Of a DNA stretch of 64,000 nt, positions 30,108 through 42,125 are shown piece after piece; positions within the stretch are counted from its first letter, which is position 1; each line of letters opens with the position of its first letter. The position numbers and the translations under genes were made by a program. The stretch comes from Gemmatimonadales bacterium (lineage in GTDB: Bacteria > Gemmatimonadota > Gemmatimonadetes > Gemmatimonadales > GWC2-71-9). Location: contig JBFJHJ010000003.1 in the NCBI GenBank assembly GCA_041613315.1, positions 1 to 64,000 on the forward strand, written 5' to 3'. The notes beneath the pieces are model-generated. The model did no database searches, was not told where the DNA came from, and saw nothing but the letters and a program-made list of their open reading frames with translations.

Positions 30108-30115
<8 letters not shown>
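29096..30115 (+). CDS. meaB: MeaB/ArgK G-protein chaperone of B12 mutases
   Basis: [38 protein letters not shown]. Confidence 0.95.
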
Positions 30116-31748
<1,633 letters not shown>

Positions 31749-31815
31749 GCGCCGGGCCGGCGCAGCCCGCGGGACTCCCGCGGCGGCGCCCGACAACGCG
31801 ACGAGTCTGGAACCG

Positions 31816-32973
31816 ATGGTCGAGTGGCTCACGCAGTTCGGCACCACCGAGCACTGGGTGGTGTCCTGCTATTTGAAGCTCGAACCGCGGGACCGATCCC
31901 GCGGGAAGTATCTGATCAAGCTGAAGAACCGGATCCGGGACCGGCTCGACTGGCTGGAACACCGCGGCGTGGCGCGCGCAGAACGGGAGCGCGTGGCGCG
32001 GGATCTCCAGCGGGTACGGGAACACCTCGAGGATTCGGGGAATCTGCCGGTGGGGCAGGGGATCGCCATCTTCGCGTGCGAGGCAATGGGGCTGTTCCAC
32101 TCGGTGCCGCTCCCCCGGGTGTTTCGCTCGCGACTAGACGTGGACCATTCGCCGCTGGTGCGCGAGCTGGCCGCGCTCGCGGACGAGTTTGGCCTCCTGC
32201 TCTGCGCGGTGTACGACCGCACGAGCGCCCGCTTCTTCAGGGTGAGCGCCTTCGGGATCGAGGAGCTCGCCGGGCTGGTTGCGGTCGAGCACACGCGCGC
32301 CGGACGCTTCCATGGTCCGCGGTCGGTGTCGGGCCCCGGCCCGAGCCTCGCCAGCCCGGGCGAGCACAACTACCATCAACGGATCCGCGAGGAGAAACAC
32401 CGCCACTACGCGCAGATCGCCCAGCGCCTGTTCGACCTGGCCGCGCGCAACGGCGTCCGCGGGATCGTGCTCGCCGGCCCCGGGACCGACGCGCCAGCGG
32501 TCGAGCCACACCTCCATCCGTATCTCTCGAAGAACCTGCTGGGCACGGTACGACTCAACCCCAAGTCGGTGACGCCCACGGCGGTGATGGGCGCGGTGCT
32601 GGCGGTGCGGCAAGCGACCGAGCGCGCCTGGGAGGCGGAACATGTCGCCGCGCTCGAGGAGACCCGTGGGGTGGGGTGGGCGGTCAACGGCATCGAGCCT
32701 ACGCTCCGGGCACTGGCCCGGGGGCAGGTCCGCACGCTGCTGGTGAACCCAACGGCGGACCAGCGGGGATACCGGTGCGGCGCCGGCGGCCGGCTCACCA
32801 TCACGGCCGACGGGTGCGGTGGCGAAGGGAAGGCAGAGCCGGTCCCGGACCTCATCGACGAGGCGATCGAGGACGCCCTGCGCCAGGGCGGCCACGTGGA
32901 CGTGGTGGAGGATGAGACGCTCCGCCATCGGGTGGACGGGCTGGCCGCGCTGCTCCGGTTCAAACAGCCCTAA
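31816..32973 (+). CDS. Bacterial archaeo-eukaryotic release factor (baeRF / eRF1-pelota-like) protein
   Basis: VVSCYL, GIAIFA, DRTSARFF, IVLAGP, AVNGIEPTLRALARGQVRTLLV, DGLAALLRF (eRF1 C-terminal-like). Alternative GTG start at 31720. Confidence 0.75.
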   Translation: MVEWLTQFGTTEHWVVSCYLKLEPRDRSRGKYLIKLKNRIRDRLDWLEHRGVARAERERVARDLQRVREHLEDSGNLPVGQGIAIFACEAMGLFHSVPLPRVFRSRLDVDHSPLVRELAALADEFGLLLCAVYDRTSARFFRVSAFGIEELAGLVAVEHTRAGRFHGPRSVSGPGPSLASPGEHNYHQRIREEKHRHYAQIAQRLFDLAARNGVRGIVLAGPGTDAPAVEPHLHPYLSKNLLGTVRLNPKSVTPTAVMGAVLAVRQATERAWEAEHVAALEETRGVGWAVNGIEPTLRALARGQVRTLLVNPTADQRGYRCGAGGRLTITADGCGGEGKAEPVPDLIDEAIEDALRQGGHVDVVEDETLRHRVDGLAALLRFKQP

Positions 32974-32990
32974 ACGGGTGTCGCGCCTGC

Positions 32991-33019
32991 TTGTTTCGGC
33001 CTTCGGTCGCGGCTAGCTT
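32991..33019 (+). promoter_or_regulatory. Sigma70-type promoter (near-leaderless) for the B12-binding subunit gene
   Basis: TTGTTT-N17-TAGCTT, 9 nt before ATG 33029. Confidence 0.5.
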
Positions 33020-33028
33020 GCGCGCACG

Positions 33029-33469
33029 ATGACCCAAGCCACGCCCAAGGCTTCGTCACACAAACGAACGCGTCCGGTGCGGGTGCTCATTGGCAAGCCG
33101 GGGCTCGATGGGCATGACCGCGGTGCCAAAGTCGTCGCCGCGGCGCTCCGCGACGCGGGTATGGAGGTGATCTACACCGGCTTGCACCAGACCCCGGAGA
33201 TGATCGCGACCGCGGCGGTCCAGGAAGACGTGGAGGTCGTCGGCCTGTCCATCCTGTCGGGTGCGCACCTGACGCTGTTGCCAAGGGTGAGACGGTTGTT
33301 GGACGACGCCGGCCGCGACGACATCTTGCTCGTCGCCGGCGGGATCATCCCCCGCGAGGATATCGGGACCCTCGAGACCCAGGGCGTGGCGAAACTGTTC
33401 GGTCCCGGGACTCCCACCAGCGACATCGTCGACTTCATCGGCTCGTGGGCAGAGCGCCGCCCCGAGTGA
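33029..33469 (+). CDS. Cobalamin-binding small subunit of acyl-CoA mutase (IcmB-like)
   Basis: [10 protein letters not shown] (DxHxxG), [19 protein letters not shown]. Confidence 0.95.
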   Translation: MTQATPKASSHKRTRPVRVLIGKPGLDGHDRGAKVVAAALRDAGMEVIYTGLHQTPEMIATAAVQEDVEVVGLSILSGAHLTLLPRVRRLLDDAGRDDILLVAGGIIPREDIGTLETQGVAKLFGPGTPTSDIVDFIGSWAERRPE

Positions 33470-35076
33470 CCGGCCGCAGCACCGTGTCGCCGCCCGGCCG
33501 CCTCCGCGAACTCACGGAGGCGTATCGCGCGCTTGCGGAGCGGCTCGAACAGGGCGGTGGGGCCGAGAAGGTCGGGCGCCAGCATGAACAAGGGAAACTG
33601 ACCGCCCGGGAGCGGGTGGTCCGGCTGCGCGACCCCGATACCCCCTGGTTGGAGATCGGGCTGCTCGTCGCCTATGACCAGTACGACGGCCAGGCCCCGG
33701 GCGCCGGCGTCGCGACCGGTGTCGCCGTCGTCGCCGGTCGAGCGGTCGTGATCGTTGCGAACGATGCCACGGTCAAGGCGGGATCCTGGTGGCCCGAGAC
33801 GATCAAGAAGATCCTGCGGGCACAGGAGATCGCGATGCGCCAGCGGATCCCGATCATCTATCTCGTGGATTCCGCGGGTGTGAACCTGCCGTACCAGGGG
33901 GGCGTGTTTCCGGGTCAGTACGGCGCCGCCCGCATCTTTTACTACAACTCGATCATGCGCCGCTACTTGCGGGTGCCGCAGATCGCCGCCGTCATGGGCC
34001 CGTGCGTGGCCGGCGGCGCTTACCTGCCCGCGCTGTCGGATGTGATTTTCATGGTGGAGGGCACGTCCTTCATGGGGTTGGGGGGAGCCAATCTCGTCCA
34101 GGGCGCCACAGGCCAGACGGTCGACGCCGAGGTTCTGGGGGGCGCCGTGACCCATACGGCGACGAGCGCCGTCGCACACTACCGCGCCCGGGATGACGCC
34201 GACTGCTTGGATCGCCTTCGCGAGTACGTGGCGCGCCTGCCGGTCGCGCGGCTGCCCGATCCGACCGGTAGTGCCCCGCCGGCCCGGCCACCCGCCGAAC
34301 TCTATGATCTCCTTCCCACCAATCACCGCATGGCGTACGACGTGCGCGAGGTGCTCGCGTGCCTGTTGGACGAGGGGACGTGGGATGAGTTCCAGCCGGA
34401 TGTGGCCGGGGAGATGCTGTGCGGGCACGCGGCGATCGAAGGGCAGAACGTCGCGATCATCGCCAACCAACGCGGGCTGATCCGGGGTCCGACGGTGGAG
34501 CCGCCGCGCATCGGCGGCATCGTGTACACCGAGAGCGCGGAGAAGGTCGCGTACTTCATCGAGACCGCGAATCGGGAAGGCATCCCACTCCTCTTCGTCC
34601 AGGACGTGAGCGGCTTCATGGTGGGCCCGGAGGCCGAGCACTCGGGCATCATCCGCGCGGGCGCCCGGTTCGTCGAGGCCATGGCAACGGCGGTCGTGCC
34701 CAAGCTGGTGCTGACCGTGAATCACGCGTCGGGGGCGGGCTACTACGCCATGGCGGGCCAGGGGTTCGATCCTGATTTCATCTTCTCGTGGCCCACGGGG
34801 CGCATGGGCGTGATGGAGGGCGAAGCGGCCGTCCGCGCCGTCTTCGGTGGCCGCGCCGACGAAGCGGAGGTGACCGAGGCGGTCGAGCGGATGCGCGCCG
34901 ACTACGAGCATCAGCTCGACGCCAGATTCGCGGCCGCGCGGGGGTTCGTGGATGCCCTGGTCGCCCCCGAGGACACCCGTGACGTCCTGGCGTTCGCGCT
35001 TCGCGTGACCCGGCACTATTCTGGCCCGCACATCGGCCCCTTCGTGCTGCCACCTCTCGACTACCTTCCCGAGTGA
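33466..35076 (+). CDS. Acyl-CoA carboxylase carboxyltransferase subunit (MccB/LiuB-like)
   Basis: [55 protein letters not shown]. Confidence 0.92.
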   Translation: MTGRSTVSPPGRLRELTEAYRALAERLEQGGGAEKVGRQHEQGKLTARERVVRLRDPDTPWLEIGLLVAYDQYDGQAPGAGVATGVAVVAGRAVVIVANDATVKAGSWWPETIKKILRAQEIAMRQRIPIIYLVDSAGVNLPYQGGVFPGQYGAARIFYYNSIMRRYLRVPQIAAVMGPCVAGGAYLPALSDVIFMVEGTSFMGLGGANLVQGATGQTVDAEVLGGAVTHTATSAVAHYRARDDADCLDRLREYVARLPVARLPDPTGSAPPARPPAELYDLLPTNHRMAYDVREVLACLLDEGTWDEFQPDVAGEMLCGHAAIEGQNVAIIANQRGLIRGPTVEPPRIGGIVYTESAEKVAYFIETANREGIPLLFVQDVSGFMVGPEAEHSGIIRAGARFVEAMATAVVPKLVLTVNHASGAGYYAMAGQGFDPDFIFSWPTGRMGVMEGEAAVRAVFGGRADEAEVTEAVERMRADYEHQLDARFAAARGFVDALVAPEDTRDVLAFALRVTRHYSGPHIGPFVLPPLDYLPE

Positions 35077-37934
35077 TGCCGTTCACCCTACGCCGTTGCG
35101 CGGCGGCCGCCGTTCCCGTCCTCGTGGCGGCCTGCGCTGCCGGGTCCGCGCCTCAACGCCCGCCGCGCCCGGCCGCGACGGCGCCGGCCGCGACGCGGGC
35201 CCGCGACCAGAGCGCCGAGACGTCCCGCCAGCCGGCCCTGCCACCGCAACTCGCGATGCTCGCGGGGCTCATGCCGCTCCGGACCATCGGGGCCGATACG
35301 TTCCGGCTGCACTATCCCGACGCCGACGGGCGGGGCGTCCTCATCGGCATCCTGGACAGCGGGGTGGACCCCGGCGTGCCTGGTCTCCGGACGACGACCA
35401 CGGGTCAGCCGAAGCTGCTCGACGTTCGGGACTTCTCCGGGGAGGGCCGCATCCCGCTGATGCCCGTGGAGCCCGACCTCGACGGCACGGTGAGCGTGGG
35501 GGACCGCGTCCTCAGCGGCTTTGGGCGCGTCGCCGGCATGGCGAGCCCGCCGTACTACGCCGGCATCTTCCGCGAGGTGGTGCTGGGCAGCCTGCCGGCC
35601 GCCGACGTGGACGGCAACGGCCGCTTCACCGACGAGTTTCCAGTGCTCGTGGCCAAAGGGGCGAGCGGCTGGTTCGTCATGACCGATACCGACGGTGACG
35701 GCTCCCTGGACGGCGAACGCCCGGTGCACGATTTCGGCGTGGCGGGTGAGACGTTCACGTACCGCGCCGGCCGGAGCACCGAGGCCGGTCCGATGACGAT
35801 CGCGGTGAATCTCGCCGAGCGCGGGGAGCGGCCCGCCCGACCGGTGCTCGACTTCGTCTTCGATAACTCCGGGCACGGCACGCACGTCGCCGGGATCGCG
35901 GCCGGCCGCGGCATGTTCGGTGTGGAGGGCTTCGACGGCGTGGCGCCGGGCGCGCAAATCCTGGCGCTCAAGATCGCCAACAACGCGCGCGGGGGCATCT
36001 CGGTCACGGGCAGCATGCTCCGGGCCATGAACTATGCGGCAGCCTTCGCCCAGCGGCGGGGGTTGCCCCTGGTGCTCAACTTGAGCTTCGGCATCGGCAA
36101 CGAGCGAGAGGGCGCGGCGGCGATCGACTCGGTGATCGACGTGTTCGCCCTCAAGCACCCCGGCATCCTGTTCGTCATCAGTGCCGGCAACGACGGGCCG
36201 GGGATCTCCACGCTCGGGTTCCCGGGCTCGGCCGCGTACGCGGTGTCGGTGTGCGCCGTCTTTCCCGGCGTGTTCGTTCGGCCGCCCGAGCCCGGGGTCC
36301 CTGCCGCGCCCGACGTGATGGGGTGGTGGAGCGCTCGTGGGGGCGAGCTCGCCAAGCCGGACCTCTGTGCCCCCGGGGTGGCATTCTCCAACGTGCCGGC
36401 GTGGCACACGGGGGAAGAAATCTCTGGCGGCACCAGCATGGCAGCCCCACAAATCTCCGGTGCCGCCGCGGCGTTACAGTCAGCGATGCGGCAGCGCGGT
36501 CGGGCCGTCCGGGCGATCGACCTGAAGCAGGCGCTCATGGCGACGGCCACCCCGGTCCCGAATGCGACGGTGCTCGACGCTGGCGCGGGGATCCCCAACC
36601 TCACGGCGGCGTTCCAGTGGCTGCTCGCGGCGCACCAGTCCGGCCTCTACGCCGTGCGTGCGGTAACGGGAGAGGGCCGCGCGACCACGGCCGCGTACCG
36701 GCGTGGCGGCCTGGCGTCGCCCGCGGATACGGTGCAACGCTTTGTGGTGACGTCGGTCGACGGACAGCCGGCCGCGCGTCTGCTGGTCCGGCCCGACGCT
36801 CCGTGGGTGCGGGCGCCATCGGTGATCGAGCCGGGCGGTGCGCCGGTGACGCTGACCCTCACGTACGACGCCGCGGCGCTGCGCGACCCGGGTCTGTACG
36901 TCGCGACGGCGTGGGCGTGGCCTGCGACGGACACGACCGCCGGGCCGTCGTTCGGTTTGACCAACACGGTGATCGTCCCGCAGAGCCTCGACGCGCCATA
37001 CACGGTCCGGCGGCGGCTCCGGGCGGGGGAGATCGCCCGCTACTTCCTCGCGGTGCCCCCGGGCGTCGGTGGGTTGGTCGTGAGCGTCGAGGTGGCGGCG
37101 ATCTCGCCGCCGGTCTCGCTGTATCTCTTCGAGCCGAGCGGGCGACCGTACCGGGGCACAAACAGCGTGTCCGTCGGCGGGAACGATTCGACCGGGGCGG
37201 CACTCGTAGTCTCGGCGGCCGACGTGCGGCCCGGGGTCTACGAAGCCGTCGTCGTCGCCCCGCCGGGGGAGCCGGCCAGCTTCACCGTGCGTGCGGTGTT
37301 GCCCCCGGTCAGCGTCGACGCGATCGCCGCAGGGCCGACGGCAGTCCTTCGCAATGTGAGCGCGGCCCGCCTGCGCACGACGGTGCGCATGGATCTGATG
37401 GGTGCGGTGTCGGCCCGAACCGTCGGCGCCGTCGGCGCGGAGCCGTTCAAGCTGTGGACTACGCCCCCGGCGTGGGCTGGGACGGTGGCGGTCGAGGTCG
37501 CCCTACCTGCGACGATGTGGGATCAACTCACCGACTTCGGCGTCACCGCCTTCGATGGCGCCGGTCGGCGAGTCAAAGACGCGCCGCTGAACTACGCCCT
37601 CGGCCGCATGCAGGTCGAGTTGGATTCCACCGACGCCACCACGCCCCTCCTCCTGGAGTTGCTGCCCGCGTTCACCCATCTCGCGCCCCCGGCCTCGTGG
37701 AGCGCCGAGCTGCGCATCGAGTACCTGCGGCGCGAACCGCACCCCCTTACCGTCGTCGGAGGCGGCCTCGGGATGCGCATCGAGTTGGCGCCGGGCGCGA
37801 CGGAACGGGTTCGCTTCGAGGCGGTGCCGGATTCCGGCCTGGCGCCGGGGCTCGTACCCCTCTACGAGGTCCGCGCGGCGACCGACCCTTCCACGTGGTC
37901 CGTACGGCAGGGCACGGCCGGCGCCACCCCCTGA
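35076..37934 (+). CDS. S8 subtilase lipoprotein, tripeptidyl-peptidase II-like
   Basis: Lipobox VAAC; catalytic triad ILDSG / [10 protein letters not shown] / GTSMAAP; SAGNDGP; segment [30 protein letters not shown]. Confidence 0.88.
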   Translation: MPFTLRRCAAAAVPVLVAACAAGSAPQRPPRPAATAPAATRARDQSAETSRQPALPPQLAMLAGLMPLRTIGADTFRLHYPDADGRGVLIGILDSGVDPGVPGLRTTTTGQPKLLDVRDFSGEGRIPLMPVEPDLDGTVSVGDRVLSGFGRVAGMASPPYYAGIFREVVLGSLPAADVDGNGRFTDEFPVLVAKGASGWFVMTDTDGDGSLDGERPVHDFGVAGETFTYRAGRSTEAGPMTIAVNLAERGERPARPVLDFVFDNSGHGTHVAGIAAGRGMFGVEGFDGVAPGAQILALKIANNARGGISVTGSMLRAMNYAAAFAQRRGLPLVLNLSFGIGNEREGAAAIDSVIDVFALKHPGILFVISAGNDGPGISTLGFPGSAAYAVSVCAVFPGVFVRPPEPGVPAAPDVMGWWSARGGELAKPDLCAPGVAFSNVPAWHTGEEISGGTSMAAPQISGAAAALQSAMRQRGRAVRAIDLKQALMATATPVPNATVLDAGAGIPNLTAAFQWLLAAHQSGLYAVRAVTGEGRATTAAYRRGGLASPADTVQRFVVTSVDGQPAARLLVRPDAPWVRAPSVIEPGGAPVTLTLTYDAAALRDPGLYVATAWAWPATDTTAGPSFGLTNTVIVPQSLDAPYTVRRRLRAGEIARYFLAVPPGVGGLVVSVEVAAISPPVSLYLFEPSGRPYRGTNSVSVGGNDSTGAALVVSAADVRPGVYEAVVVAPPGEPASFTVRAVLPPVSVDAIAAGPTAVLRNVSAARLRTTVRMDLMGAVSARTVGAVGAEPFKLWTTPPAWAGTVAVEVALPATMWDQLTDFGVTAFDGAGRRVKDAPLNYALGRMQVELDSTDATTPLLLELLPAFTHLAPPASWSAELRIEYLRREPHPLTVVGGGLGMRIELAPGATERVRFEAVPDSGLAPGLVPLYEVRAATDPSTWSVRQGTAGATP

Positions 37935-37950
37935 CCCCGCGCCGCACCGC

Positions 37951-39324
37951 ATGACGTCGCCGACCACGGTCCGCATCGCGTCCGGACAGGGATTCTGGGG
38001 CGACTGGCTCGAGGCCCCGGTGCGGCAGGTCGAGGGTGGGCCGATCGACTACCTGATGATGGACTATCTGGCCGAGGTCACGATGTCCATCATGCAGAAA
38101 CAGCGCGCGCGCGATTCCGCCCTCGGGTACGCCAAGGACTTCGTTCCGCTGATGCAGCGGCTGCTTCCCCGACTGGTCGAGCGCGGGATTCGCGTGACCG
38201 CGAACGCGGGGGGGGTGAACCCTGGCGCGTGCGCCCGGGCCGTGGTGGACACCGCCCGGGATCTCGGACTGGCAGGGCGGGTGCGCGTGGGCGTCGTGGG
38301 AGGGGACGACATCCTCGATCGACTCGACGAGCTGCTCGCGCGCGGGCACCGCTTGGAAAACATGGATACCGGCGCGTCGCTCGAGGCCGTACGCGAGCAC
38401 GTGCAGAGTGCCAACGCCTATCTCGGTGCGGGGCCCGTCCTCGCCGCTCTCCAGCAGGATGCCCTGATCGTGGTCACGGGCCGCGTGACGGACACCGGGC
38501 TCACCCTGGCCCCGATGCTCCACGCGTTCGGGTGGGCGGCGGACGACTGGGACCGCCTCGCGGCCGGGACCGTCGCGGGCCACATCATCGAGTGCGGCGC
38601 GCAGTGCACGGGTGGCAACTGCCTCTTGGACTGGGAGCGGATCGAGGGGATGGCCGACCCGGGGTACCCGATCATCGAAGCGTGTCCGGACGGCAGCTTC
38701 GTCGTGACCAAGCATCCCGACACCGGTGGCATCGTGAGCGTGCCCAGCGTGACCGAGCAGCTGGTGTACGAGATGGGCGATCCCCGCAACTACATCACGC
38801 CCGACTGCATCGCGGACTTCACGACCATCCGCCTGGAACAGGCCGGGCCGAATCGCGTACGGGTCAGCGGCGTGCGCGGTCGGCCCGCAACCGAGTTCCT
38901 CAAAGTCTCGATCTCCTATCACCACGGCTACAAGGCCGTGGGCACGCTCGTGTATGCCTGGCCCGACGCGTACGCCAAGGCGCAGAAGGCGGATCGCATC
39001 TTGCGCGAACGGCTGGACCGTCTGGGGCTACGGTTCGAGAAGACGTTGACCGAGTTTGTCGGTGTGAACGCGACGCACGGCCCCCTCGCTGGCGCGCCGT
39101 CGGCGGATCTGCCCGAAGTCCAGTTGCGCGTGGGAGTGCGCGCGCGCGAGCGGCCGCCGGTGGAGCGCTTCACGCGCGAGATTGCCCCGTTGATTCTGAA
39201 CGGCCCGCCGAGTGTCACGGGGTTCGCCGGCGGACGCCCGAAGGTCGAGGAGATCGTCGCCTACTGGCCGGCGCTGGTCCCCAAGAGCGAAATTCGGCCG
39301 ACCGTGGAGATGCTGGACGCATGA
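37951..39324 (+). CDS. AtuA/DUF1446 family protein
   Basis: [57 protein letters not shown]. Confidence 0.9.
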   Translation: MTSPTTVRIASGQGFWGDWLEAPVRQVEGGPIDYLMMDYLAEVTMSIMQKQRARDSALGYAKDFVPLMQRLLPRLVERGIRVTANAGGVNPGACARAVVDTARDLGLAGRVRVGVVGGDDILDRLDELLARGHRLENMDTGASLEAVREHVQSANAYLGAGPVLAALQQDALIVVTGRVTDTGLTLAPMLHAFGWAADDWDRLAAGTVAGHIIECGAQCTGGNCLLDWERIEGMADPGYPIIEACPDGSFVVTKHPDTGGIVSVPSVTEQLVYEMGDPRNYITPDCIADFTTIRLEQAGPNRVRVSGVRGRPATEFLKVSISYHHGYKAVGTLVYAWPDAYAKAQKADRILRERLDRLGLRFEKTLTEFVGVNATHGPLAGAPSADLPEVQLRVGVRARERPPVERFTREIAPLILNGPPSVTGFAGGRPKVEEIVAYWPALVPKSEIRPTVEMLDA

Positions 39325-39704
39325 GCCTCAAAGGTCCCCGGAAGCAGGCCGGCCGCGGCTCGGCGAGGCCCCGGCGAGTGCAGCTCGTCCACCTCGCGCA
39401 CGCCCGCAGCGGCGACAAGGGTGATACGGCCAATGTGGGCCTGATCGCGCGCAAGCCCGAGTACTATCCGCTCTTGAAGCGCGCAGTGACGGCCGCCCGG
39501 GTGGCGCGCCATTTCCGGGGTATGATCACCGGGCCGGTCGAGCGCTACGAGCTGCCCAACCTGCACGCCCTCAATTTCCTGCTCCATGGGGCCCTGGGGG
39601 GCGGCGGGACCCTCTCACTCCAGACGGACGCCCAGGGCAAGGTGTTCTCGACGGCGCTGCTGCGCATGGACGTGACGGTGCCGGGACGCATGCGTGTCGG
39701 CTGA
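39321..39704 (+). CDS. AtuA-associated small protein (stand-alone AtuA C-terminal domain)
   Basis: [44 protein letters not shown] overlap with the AtuA gene. Confidence 0.88.
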   Translation: MSLKGPRKQAGRGSARPRRVQLVHLAHARSGDKGDTANVGLIARKPEYYPLLKRAVTAARVARHFRGMITGPVERYELPNLHALNFLLHGALGGGGTLSLQTDAQGKVFSTALLRMDVTVPGRMRVG

Positions 39705-40458
39705 GCGGATCGCCACCGCGCTCGCGGACGGCGTGCTGGACGTGACGCTCGACCGTCCGGACAAGCGGAACGCCATCGACGCGCCGATGGTCCACCAACT
39801 CCTCGCAGTCCTCGAGCGCGCGGACCTCGACCAGGACGTGCGCGTGGTCGCCGTGCGTGGCGCCGGCAAGGACTTCTGCGCCGGGGCCGACCTCGCCGAG
39901 TTGCTCGCGTCGGTGGAGCGGTCGCCGGCCGAGAACGAGGCGAGCGCCCGCGAGCTGGGCGAAGTGTTCGTCCGGATGCGGCGGCTGCCCAAGCCGGTGG
40001 TGGCCGTGGTGCATGGCCGAGCGTTGGCGGGGGGCTGCGGTCTCGCGACGGCCTGCGATCTGGTGATCGCGCACGAGGCAGCGGAGTTCGGCTACCCGGA
40101 GGTTAGGCGTGGCTTCGTCCCGGCCATGGTCATGGCGCTGCTGCGTCGCGCCGTAGGCGAAAAGGTGGCGTTCGACCTCGTGGCGACCGGGCGACTGCTG
40201 AGCGCCCAGGAGGCGCTCGCGCTCGGCCTCGTGTCCCGGGTGCTCTCCGATCGCGCCTTCGTCGGTGAGAGTCAAGAAATCCTGGGCGCGCTTGCCGGCT
40301 CGAGCGCGACCGCCCTGGGCCTGATCAAACGGCAGCTGTATGAGCTCGACGGCCGAAACTTCGAAGCGGGCATCGACTTGGGCGCCAGCGTCAACGCCGT
40401 CGCGCGCGCCACGCCGGATTTCAAAGCGGCGGTCGCCGCTTTTCTGCGGAAGCCGTAG
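39694..40458 (+). CDS. Enoyl-CoA hydratase/isomerase (methylglutaconyl-CoA hydratase-like)
   Basis: RPDKRNA, FCAGADL, AGGCGLATACD, FGYPEVRRGFVPA. Confidence 0.9.
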   Translation: MSAERIATALADGVLDVTLDRPDKRNAIDAPMVHQLLAVLERADLDQDVRVVAVRGAGKDFCAGADLAELLASVERSPAENEASARELGEVFVRMRRLPKPVVAVVHGRALAGGCGLATACDLVIAHEAAEFGYPEVRRGFVPAMVMALLRRAVGEKVAFDLVATGRLLSAQEALALGLVSRVLSDRAFVGESQEILGALAGSSATALGLIKRQLYELDGRNFEAGIDLGASVNAVARATPDFKAAVAAFLRKP

Positions 40459-40474
40459 GTGGATCGGCGAGCCG

Positions 40475-41065
40475 GTGCCCACCACCACGCTCACCACCGA
40501 CCGACTGCTGATCCGACCACCGCGGCTGGACGACGCCGAGGCGATCTTCGAGCGTTACGCGCAGGACCCCGAGGTCACGCGCTACCTGATCTGGCGACCG
40601 CATCGCTCGCTCGACGAAACGCGGACATTCCTGGGCGGGTACATCGCGCAGGGCGAGGACGAGCACCAGTACTCGTGGGTGATCGTGCGACGCGCGGACG
40701 AGCTGCTGCTGGGGACGATCACGCTCCGGGTCTATCCGCCGACGACCGAGGTGGGCTACACGGTGGCCAAGCCGGACTGGGGCCGCGGGTACGGCACGGA
40801 AGCGCTGCGGGCGGTCGTGCACTTCGGCCTCGCCCTCCCGGACGTCTTTCGCATCCAAGCTACCTGTCACGTCGATAACCACGCGTCTGCCCGGATCATG
40901 GACAAGGTTGGGATGGAGCGCGAAGGCACGCTGCGCCGTTACCTCTACTTCCCGACGATCGGCCCGGAAGCGCAGGACGTGCACATGTATGCCAGGGTCC
41001 AGGATGCGGTGGGGCAGGGGGGACCGGGGCGACGGGGCCCGCAGCGTGGGGACCGGGAGGTCTAG
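40475..41065 (+). CDS. GNAT N-acetyltransferase (RimJ/RimL-like)
   Basis: TDRLLIRP, EVGY, WGRGYGTEAL, NHASARIMDKVGM. Confidence 0.88.
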   Translation: MPTTTLTTDRLLIRPPRLDDAEAIFERYAQDPEVTRYLIWRPHRSLDETRTFLGGYIAQGEDEHQYSWVIVRRADELLLGTITLRVYPPTTEVGYTVAKPDWGRGYGTEALRAVVHFGLALPDVFRIQATCHVDNHASARIMDKVGMEREGTLRRYLYFPTIGPEAQDVHMYARVQDAVGQGGPGRRGPQRGDREV

Positions 41066-41066
41066 C

Positions 41067-42008
41067 GTGCGGATCGGCCGGCCGGGCCTGCGGCTCGCCT
41101 ATGCACTGGCGGGGGCGACGCTCGCCGCGTGCGCTACCCGCTCGGTGCCACGTGAAGCCGCACGGGACTTCTCCCATGGCACCCACGTCGTCCTCCTCGG
41201 GACCGGCACTCCCAATGCCGAGCCCGATCGGTCCGGCCCCGCCGTCGCCGTGGTCGTCAATGGCCGGGCGTATCTGGTGGACGCCGGGCCCGGCGTGGTC
41301 CGCCGGGCCGTGGCCGCGGCCCGCCTGGGCGTCGCGGCACTCGAGCCGCCGAACCTGGACCTCGTCTTCCTCACCCACCTCCATACCGACCACACCGTGG
41401 GCCTGCCCGATCTCATCTTCACGCCGTGGGTCCTGGAACGGACCGTGCCGCTTCGGGTGTACGGCCCGCCGGGCGTGCGCGCGATGACCGAACACCTCCT
41501 GGCCGCCTACGGGGAGGATGTCCGGATCCGGGTGGACGGGCTCGAGCCCGCCAACCCGACCGGCCACGGCGTGGAGGCGCACGAGATCCGCCCTGGCGTC
41601 GTGTACCGCGACGCGCAGGTCCGGGTGATCGCGTTCCCGGTGCACCACGGTTCCTGGGAGCACGCGTTCGGCTACCGGTTCGAGACCCCGGGACGGACGG
41701 TGGTCATCTCCGGTGACGCGGCGCCGAGCGAGAGCGTGGTGCAGTACTGCGACGGCTGCGACGTGCTCGTGCACGAGGTATATGCCCAGGCCGGCTTCGC
41801 GCGCCGGGCCCCCGAATGGCGGCGGTACCACGCCGACGCCCATACGTCCGCGCCTGCGCTGGCCGACCTGGCTCGGCGGGCTCGGCCGGGACTCCTCGTG
41901 CTGTACCACCAGCTCTACTGGGGAGCCACGCCCGAGGATCTTCTGGCCGAGATCCGGGAGCGCTGGGAGGGACAGGTCGTCTCCGGAGCCGATCTTCAGA
42001 TATACTGA
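41067..42008 (+). CDS. MBL-fold hydrolase (RNase Z/arylsulfatase-like) with lipoprotein signal
   Basis: LAAC lipobox; LGTGTP, VDAGPG, THLHTDH, SGD, VHE, HT, LYH motifs. Confidence 0.85.
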   Translation: MRIGRPGLRLAYALAGATLAACATRSVPREAARDFSHGTHVVLLGTGTPNAEPDRSGPAVAVVVNGRAYLVDAGPGVVRRAVAAARLGVAALEPPNLDLVFLTHLHTDHTVGLPDLIFTPWVLERTVPLRVYGPPGVRAMTEHLLAAYGEDVRIRVDGLEPANPTGHGVEAHEIRPGVVYRDAQVRVIAFPVHHGSWEHAFGYRFETPGRTVVISGDAAPSESVVQYCDGCDVLVHEVYAQAGFARRAPEWRRYHADAHTSAPALADLARRARPGLLVLYHQLYWGATPEDLLAEIRERWEGQVVSGADLQIY

Positions 42009-42125
42009 GGCCGACCCTCGCGCCGCCGCACGGGACGGCGCGCGGGTTTCGGGTCCGCTCCGCGTACCGACGCCTACTCGGGGCTGCCGCCCAGCGAGCA
42101 ACTTGCGGGCATCGCTTGCCCCCGA

